Program-made: the position numbers and the translations under genes
Notes under the pieces: model-generated
What the model was told of the DNA's origin: nothing
The model's input: only the letters and a program-made list of their open reading frames with translations
The model's database searches: none
In this document: piece after piece, positions 35,011 to 40,872 of the stretch
Layout: the number at the start of each line of letters is the position of its first letter
How positions within the stretch are numbered: the stretch's first letter is position 1
Assembly (NCBI GenBank): GCA_016928515.1
Contig: JAFGKR010000208.1
Span: 1-40,872, forward strand
Source of the DNA: Bacteroidota bacterium
GTDB lineage: Bacteria > Bacteroidota > Ignavibacteria > SZUA-365
Reading direction: 5' to 3'
DNA: 40,872 bases

Positions 35011-38000
35011 CTACTTGACTATCGTAAGTGTGCGCGAAACGACACCGGTCGCCGTCTCGAGACGGTATGTGTACATCCCGGCGGGAACCGCCGCGCCCGT
35101 GTCATCCATTCCGTCCCAGGTCACATACTTGCTGCCCTGAGACTGGCTACCACGCACCAACGCGCGGACCTGGCGGCCGAGCATATCGTATATCGTCAGG
35201 TGAACGGCACCCTCCTCTGACAGTGTGTACGGAATGACAGTGGACGACGTTGTCTGGAAGGGATTCGGATAATTGCTTCCCAGAACGACCTTCGCATCGG
35301 CAGGACGCACACGGGTATTCAGCTTCAGGACGCTGGTCCCGGTGACGTCGAGGATGAGATGGTCCCCTGCGGAGCCGTCGAACGTATGCAGGAGACGACC
35401 GTCTTCGTCGCGCACCTCGATCAGGATGCGATCGGATGAGACCGGCGTCGAGAGGACGCAGCGTCCCTGCCCGCCGACATGGACCGTCGTTTCTCCGGGA
35501 AAGACGAACTGCGTTCCCTCCGCGGTGCGCACATCGAGGATGTCCGCAGGCGGAGCGGCCGGCAGTGCCAGCACGTTGCGCAGTTCATCGGTCGCCCGGT
35601 CGCCGGCGACGTAGAGCCTTCGAGTGTGACCCTCGGCGTTCTCCAGCGTCAGCAGACCAGCCAGATCCATACCGGCAACCGCCTTGCTGTATGCCGTCGC
35701 ACCAGCACCGCTTCCGGTGAAACCGCTGGTGCTGATGCGGAGATTTGTTCCCGCATCGACACGTACCCAGTAGCCCTTGCCGGGTTCCATCTGCGTCGGC
35801 ACGATGTATCCCTGACCGGGATCCCACCCGAAGATGGACTTGAGTCCGCCGGCGGGATTCTGCTGGATGGACGCGACGGGTACCGGCTTGAGAAGGGCGC
35901 CGACCATGTTCCACCCGTAGCCGTACGGCTCACCGATGCCATTGAGCTCGGTCCATTCGAAGGTGGATTTCGAGAGTCCGATCAGTACCTCCTCCAGGGG
36001 ACCGGCTTTGATCCAGTAACCACGGCCGAGTACCATATCGCTTGCGGCGTCATATTGTCCCGCGTCGGTGTCGAACAGGTACATTTTCATATCCGGCTCC
36101 TGTGCCAGGGCGGCGAAGTCAGGATTCTGCAGCTCGAGCGGCGTGGAAACCATTTCCCAGTCTCCACTGGTACGGAAGACGAAGCGCTCGGGATCGCCCG
36201 TACCATCGGGGATGGGAGGATCGATCGGCACCCGTGTGGTGTCATCGACCTGGTCGTCGTCCTCGTTGTCGTTGATGACGACAATTTCGCGATCACGTTG
36301 TGGATCGTCCGGGTCACCGCAAAGTCGGAAGACCAGAATTGAGTCGCGCTGCACGATGTCGGTGATCTGTGTCGGTTTCATCGCACCGGTCGGCATGCGC
36401 TCCATCAGCTTGATGTTGAAGGGATTGTAGTACGGACGGGGATCGCCGGTCTGGCGGTCGCGCACTTTGAGTTTCAGGTCCACGCACGGCCAGTTCTTTG
36501 TATCCACGTCCTCGGTCGTGATGACGACTTCGTTTTCCTTGGTAGGTTCGGGACAGATCGGCTCCTTCACCTCAATGGTGAAGATATACCGTCCGTCGTT
36601 CGCGAAGGTGTAACTCGATGCCGATCGCATGTCGATGCTGCCGGGTTCACCCTGTATTTTCAAGGTAAAACTTGCGCTTGGAGAGGCCGGAAGCGCACCC
36701 CAGGTCATGGTCACCGGATTGGTCGGCCCGGTCTGCACCTGTCCCTGGAAGGTATGGGACGCCTTGATCGCGCGGATGTCGGTCAAGCTGCCCTGCGACC
36801 CGGGAATATTCAACCAGCGGATGTCGAACGCCGTCGGGGGCGGTGTCGGGGGCAGATCGGTCTGTCCCGCTTCGAGTCCGTCTCCGGCTCCTTCCTGCAT
36901 GCCGTACTCGAGTGTGATCTCATTCTGGCGTGCATTGCGGAAGAGAATCGCATGTTGCCATTTGCTCATCGGCTCGGGGACGCACGGCTTCTGCCGGTAA
37001 TACGCGATGAGCTTCTTGCTCTGCCACATCGTGACGGTCAGCGGATTAGTTGTCGTCGTCGTGTCACCGCCCCAGCCCACGAATTCAAATCCCGACGGCG
37101 CCGTGGCGGTTGCGGTCAGGGTCGAACCGACGGGGCCGGACTGACGATCGTCGAACGGACCGCCCGGTCCTTCCGGATTGATGACGACCAGTTCGGCCAG
37201 AGCGCTGCTGATGGGCTCGATGATCGGGAACACTTCGTACTCGCGTGCTTCGGTGTTCGGACCGATGTTCACCGCGGCCGGATTATCCCGCAGATTTCCG
37301 AAATCTCCTCCGAATCCCTGGAAGGAATAGCCCGGCGGCACCTGGTAATACATGTTGAACAGTAACGGGGTCGACTTGTCCACGCCCTTCGTGAACAGGT
37401 CGAACTTGGGATGCGGTCGCATGATGACCTGTCCCGGGAACGGTTGGACGAGGTGGAACTTCACGCAGTTCAGGCAGAGGTCCGGCAATTTGAAGCCGGG
37501 TTCGATCTGCTCACGCATGACTTCGATTTCGTATTCCCCGAAGGAGAAAAAGCCACCGTAGCGATTCACCAGATCGTTCCATGCACCGCCGGACACCTGC
37601 GATTCCACCTTGATGATGTACTCACCATCTGAGGTCAGGCGCAATGTATGCACGCCACCCAGAACGGTGGAGCTGGTATGCGTGGAGGTACCGGCACGCT
37701 GCGCGCGGAATTTCGGCTCGAAATCGGAGCCGTCCTTGACGCGCAGTTTCAGCACCAGTCGTTCACCGAACACATTCGGTGTGACGTTGATGACGGTCAC
37801 ACGGAAGTAATCCCACTGTGGTACGTTGAAGGAGAATTCTCCGACCAGCGGCTGCAGAGGGATCGCACCTTCAATGACATACGGATCCATTCCCGGACCG
37901 GAGGATGGCAGCAACTTCGGATTCGCGAGCGTCGCCGGTTCATTGGCGTCCACGCAGTACACGGTATCCACCGGGGTCGACGGACGCGTGGTAATGGATG

Positions 38001-40077
38001 CACTCTGCGAGGGTGTGCCGCGATTCGTATTGAACTCGCCCACGATACGGAACCTGTATGTGCGGTTGGACTGAATATCCGTCGATCCGCTACCCGTTGC
38101 GTTGGGTACTTTCAGGATCAGCACGCCGGTCCACTGCCCGATATTGACGCGGGTCGGCTTCCCGAGATGGTGATTCCCGTCGAGCTGCTTCCAGTTGCCC
38201 GGAGATGCCTCGTATTCGACGTATGTCTCCGCGGCATCCATGTCGAACTTGTTGCGCCACCGGAGTGCGACAGCCGGGGGCGGCGTGGCACTGCCACTGG
38301 CAGTGGCGAGATGCGCGGTAAGCGTGGTGTTGGCGGCAAAGATATCCGGAGGATTGCTGGTGTACACCGCCTTGACGTCGGTCACCGGATTGGAAAATGA
38401 GGACGGAAGCGAATACGATGGGAGTTCGTTCGCGTAATAATCGATTTCGGAAGTCGCTCCGCTTTTTCGTTTGATCTCCCAGTACGAAAAATACCACTTG
38501 GTGCCACTGCGTGTGAAATTCGACGGGGCGACGACACGGTGACAGTAGTCGAAGTCCACGGGTATGCCGATCGGTGTCGCGCGGTTCACCGTCTGAATGT
38601 TGTCGCAGTTGCGGAATTCCAGCGTGACATTCGTCGGCTGACTGGCGAACATACGCACCGGCACCGCCTGGCCTGCATTGATCACGCCCGTGTGCACTGG
38701 CGTAGCAAGGCTGTTACCGCTGATGTAATTCGTTTTCATGATGCCGTCCCAGCCACGCATGCTGCCGGACCGTCCATATGCCGGCTGCGTTGCCTGGCAA
38801 TTCACGTTCGGCATGCCGCGGTAGGACCATCCGCAGTTGTCATTCTTATACTCGTCTGGTGCTCCCCAGATATGCCCGATTTCATGCGCAATAACGTTGC
38901 GACGCGGTGCGGAAAATGGATCGAGCTCCGCCTGCCAGTACTGCGTATCCATGGCGAAATACACACCCTCCCGGTCGCCGTTGCCCCAGCGGATCACTGC
39001 CGCATGCGGCCAGATGCCTTCGTCGCCGGACGGTTTGTAGGCGATGAAACCGCAGATGGCCTCGTCGGAATTGAAGGCATCCCGTACCTGATTGTTGTAG
39101 AACCAGCACCATTCATAACCGGGACCCGCCCAGCTCCATGAGGGCGGCAGATTGAAGATGTTGATGGTCGCCAGCTTGGAGACGATCTGGGGAATGAAGG
39201 AATCCTCCCCGATGGCGACCGGTTCACCGGAAACCTGTGACGCCGTGTGGTACGGGGAATAGAGCCGCCAGTGATGCGTGATGGATTTGCCGTAGCGGGC
39301 GACGAAGGAAGACCAGTAGTTCATTGCCGCGATGTAGAAATTGCGGTAGCGGCTGTAGACCGTGGGATCCCAGTTCCATGTCCCGGTCCCGGATTTGCTC
39401 TCGACAAAAAAGCTGGAATGGACGATATAGCCGCGGACTTTCGTCCGCCGCAGCAATGCGTTCTCCGACGGATCGTGCGTCGGAATGCCCTGGATCACCG
39501 CACGCGGCGAGTGCTCGTCGGTCTCCACGAGACCGACACAGTCCATTTCGGGACGAATCTTGAGCTGCTCCTCGATTTCCTTTTCCCGCTCCCGGATGCG
39601 AAGCATATCTTCCTCGGTCAGCGGCCGCTTGATGAAGTCGAGATACTCGACAATCGCTTCATCGGCCTCGCTGACGTCGGCCATGATCCGGTACTGCTGT
39701 TGATCCAGATCGCGCTGGAATTCCGCACTGGAATAGGAAACGGACAGGACGCCGACCGGCTCACCGTTTGCCATCTGCAGTTGCGTGCCCATGATGGCGT
39801 CCTTGCTCTCTGGGGGCACCCATGCCAGCATGCGCTGCGGTGAGGTGATGATAGAGACCAGTGCTCCGTTCCGGACCAGTGCGTCGCGAAGGTCGATGGC
39901 CTGGTCCACGGACGTGCAGTTCGTCTGCAGCACGGCGAGATGCTGGTTGTGCGCCGCAAGTCCGACCTCGGCGGCGTCGGGTGGAACGTATCCCGGCTGC
40001 GGCGCCTGCGCGGAAGCAGTCACAGCGAGGACGAAACAGGCGAGCAGCGTCAACTGCAGGCGTATCCAGTGTTTCAT
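35011..40077 (-). CDS. Large secreted metzincin-like zinc metalloprotease with multiple accessory modules and FlgD-Ig/T9SS CTD
   Basis: Signal peptide; HEIGHIWGAPDEY (38886-38848) and a candidate Met-turn DGIMK; FN3-like region; B-repeat-like GFEFVGWGGD; GWNMVG/GKGYW module; SNYPNPF...IYDMLGRQVR...WDG.D..G..VPAGMYTYRL...RTLTIVK. Confidence 0.82.
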   Translation of the reverse strand: MKHWIRLQLTLLACFVLAVTASAQAPQPGYVPPDAAEVGLAAHNQHLAVLQTNCTSVDQAIDLRDALVRNGALVSIITSPQRMLAWVPPESKDAIMGTQLQMANGEPVGVLSVSYSSAEFQRDLDQQQYRIMADVSEADEAIVEYLDFIKRPLTEEDMLRIREREKEIEEQLKIRPEMDCVGLVETDEHSPRAVIQGIPTHDPSENALLRRTKVRGYIVHSSFFVESKSGTGTWNWDPTVYSRYRNFYIAAMNYWSSFVARYGKSITHHWRLYSPYHTASQVSGEPVAIGEDSFIPQIVSKLATINIFNLPPSWSWAGPGYEWCWFYNNQVRDAFNSDEAICGFIAYKPSGDEGIWPHAAVIRWGNGDREGVYFAMDTQYWQAELDPFSAPRRNVIAHEIGHIWGAPDEYKNDNCGWSYRGMPNVNCQATQPAYGRSGSMRGWDGIMKTNYISGNSLATPVHTGVINAGQAVPVRMFASQPTNVTLEFRNCDNIQTVNRATPIGIPVDFDYCHRVVAPSNFTRSGTKWYFSYWEIKRKSGATSEIDYYANELPSYSLPSSFSNPVTDVKAVYTSNPPDIFAANTTLTAHLATASGSATPPPAVALRWRNKFDMDAAETYVEYEASPGNWKQLDGNHHLGKPTRVNIGQWTGVLILKVPNATGSGSTDIQSNRTYRFRIVGEFNTNRGTPSQSASITTRPSTPVDTVYCVDANEPATLANPKLLPSSGPGMDPYVIEGAIPLQPLVGEFSFNVPQWDYFRVTVINVTPNVFGERLVLKLRVKDGSDFEPKFRAQRAGTSTHTSSTVLGGVHTLRLTSDGEYIIKVESQVSGGAWNDLVNRYGGFFSFGEYEIEVMREQIEPGFKLPDLCLNCVKFHLVQPFPGQVIMRPHPKFDLFTKGVDKSTPLLFNMYYQVPPGYSFQGFGGDFGNLRDNPAAVNIGPNTEAREYEVFPIIEPISSALAELVVINPEGPGGPFDDRQSGPVGSTLTATATAPSGFEFVGWGGDTTTTTNPLTVTMWQSKKLIAYYRQKPCVPEPMSKWQHAILFRNARQNEITLEYGMQEGAGDGLEAGQTDLPPTPPPTAFDIRWLNIPGSQGSLTDIRAIKASHTFQGQVQTGPTNPVTMTWGALPASPSASFTLKIQGEPGSIDMRSASSYTFANDGRYIFTIEVKEPICPEPTKENEVVITTEDVDTKNWPCVDLKLKVRDRQTGDPRPYYNPFNIKLMERMPTGAMKPTQITDIVQRDSILVFRLCGDPDDPQRDREIVVINDNEDDDQVDDTTRVPIDPPIPDGTGDPERFVFRTSGDWEMVSTPLELQNPDFAALAQEPDMKMYLFDTDAGQYDAASDMVLGRGYWIKAGPLEEVLIGLSKSTFEWTELNGIGEPYGYGWNMVGALLKPVPVASIQQNPAGGLKSIFGWDPGQGYIVPTQMEPGKGYWVRVDAGTNLRISTSGFTGSGAGATAYSKAVAGMDLAGLLTLENAEGHTRRLYVAGDRATDELRNVLALPAAPPADILDVRTAEGTQFVFPGETTVHVGGQGRCVLSTPVSSDRILIEVRDEDGRLLHTFDGSAGDHLILDVTGTSVLKLNTRVRPADAKVVLGSNYPNPFQTTSSTVIPYTLSEEGAVHLTIYDMLGRQVRALVRGSQSQGSKYVTWDGMDDTGAAVPAGMYTYRLETATGVVSRTLTIVK

Positions 40078-40235
40078 GTTCTATCCTTCATTGATGAAAA
40101 AATGTCGAAATGATGCATTGCAGTCTGGCTCTCATCCGCAAGCCGCTACCATGTATTGGTGTGCACTTGCTGCGCCGTCCCATCGGAGAAACATGCGCCG
40201 GATATTCTTCAGCAAAACGGATTATCGTCGGGCAA

Positions 40236-40264
40236 AGTATACTAATTCAGATCAACATTGTCAA
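40236..40264 (-). promoter_or_regulatory. Near-consensus sigma70 promoter of the secreted-protease cluster
   Basis: TTGACA (40264-40259), 17-nt spacer, TATACT (40241-40236); implies a leader of about 150 nt before ATG 40077. Confidence 0.72.
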
Positions 40265-40356
40265 GTATTCATTTTTTCGCGGGCCTCCGGCGCAGTTCGC
40301 TTCAATCCGGTGTTTTTCTATTTTACCGTCAGCCGAAAATCAGCTGTCGGAGCCGT

Positions 40357-40872
40357 ATGGAATTGATCACAGACCTCGCCGCATTCTGCAGCCTGCATCA
40401 TGAGAAGGACATCCGGATCATCGGGTCGTCCCGTTCTGTCGGGAAACAGCTGATTGCGCGCCTGCAGCGTGACGGCGTGCAGACGGATGCCGTCCGTGAA
40501 GCGACGGTAGCAGAGGTCGCGTGCCACCTGATGGGTGAAACACATGCTGCCGTGCAGGGCATGTTGTCCCCTGCCAGTGCACAGTGCGTGCTGGAAGCGG
40601 TTTGCCGCGACGCGGGGGATGCGGCGGCATTCTTCGCTGCAGAACGGGAGGATGCTGCATTCCATGCCGCCCTCCTCACAAGCTTTGACGATTGCATCCA
40701 TGCAGGACTGGATCCTGCCGCTCTCCCTGATCAGGTCTTCTCCTCTCCCGAAAAGGGAACGGCATTCCGCTTCCTCGCGGAGGAATTCTCCCGCACATGC
40801 CGCGTCCGGGGAAGCATAACGGAGGCGATGATGCTGCGCGAGGCTGCGACGATATCGCGTCCACCGAACACC
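40357..40872 (+). CDS. 5' part of a gene running off the window; resembles the N-terminus of AddB/RexB-like PD-(D/E)XK nuclease-family proteins
   Basis: GGAG SD plus ATG 40357, then 172 codons with no stop (MELITDLAAFC...IIGSSRSVGKQLIARL...TVAEVA...FHAALLTSFDDCIHAGLDP). Not in the ORF track. The product call is from recollection only and the nuclease domain is not visible. Confidence 0.55.
   Translation, partial: MELITDLAAFCSLHHEKDIRIIGSSRSVGKQLIARLQRDGVQTDAVREATVAEVACHLMGETHAAVQGMLSPASAQCVLEAVCRDAGDAAAFFAAEREDAAFHAALLTSFDDCIHAGLDPAALPDQVFSSPEKGTAFRFLAEEFSRTCRVRGSITEAMMLREAATISRPPNT

Noticed and set aside
40318-40701. 127-aa Cys/His-rich minus-strand ORF
   Set aside because: Antisense to the uninterrupted plus-strand frame from ATG 40357, which has an SD.

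Overview
GC-rich chromosomal window, almost entirely minus-strand, from an FCB-group bacterium. T9SS C-terminal domains of the NYPNPF type, DUF2723 and DUF3098 point to that group. Ordinary sigma70 -35/-10 promoters and Shine-Dalgarno sites suggest a non-Bacteroidia lineage (Ignavibacteria/Rhodothermia/Kapabacteria-like; inference). The left and centre carry core and envelope genes: argB (cut at the window edge and missed by the ORF track), a membrane spermidine-synthase-like protein with a signal-peptide-bearing Pcm, tRNA-Cys followed by an 8-bp tandem repeat, a GT2/GT-C pair, UDP-GlcA decarboxylase, DUF2723 (TMEM260-like), DUF3098, lolC/E x2 plus lolD, prfB with its +1 frameshift, PhoH-like, a lipoprotein/LysM pair, dusB, GT4, wecB, PrsW-family, a CNNM/CBS protein and rpsT. 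The right part holds four large secreted modular proteins (three with a T9SS CTD, one ending instead in LPPPPPRE), then the start of a divergent, possibly AddB-like gene. No CRISPR array, integrase or transposase was seen. The best candidate for an undescribed system is the lipoprotein + LysM operon behind a near-consensus promoter: both proteins carry register-matched 40-residue coiled coils ending in a Cys at the same heptad d position, suggesting a disulfide-clamped, two-part outer membrane-peptidoglycan tether. The second candidate is an apparently extracytoplasmic pair of SAM-dependent enzymes. All family calls come from motif recognition by eye; no searches were run.
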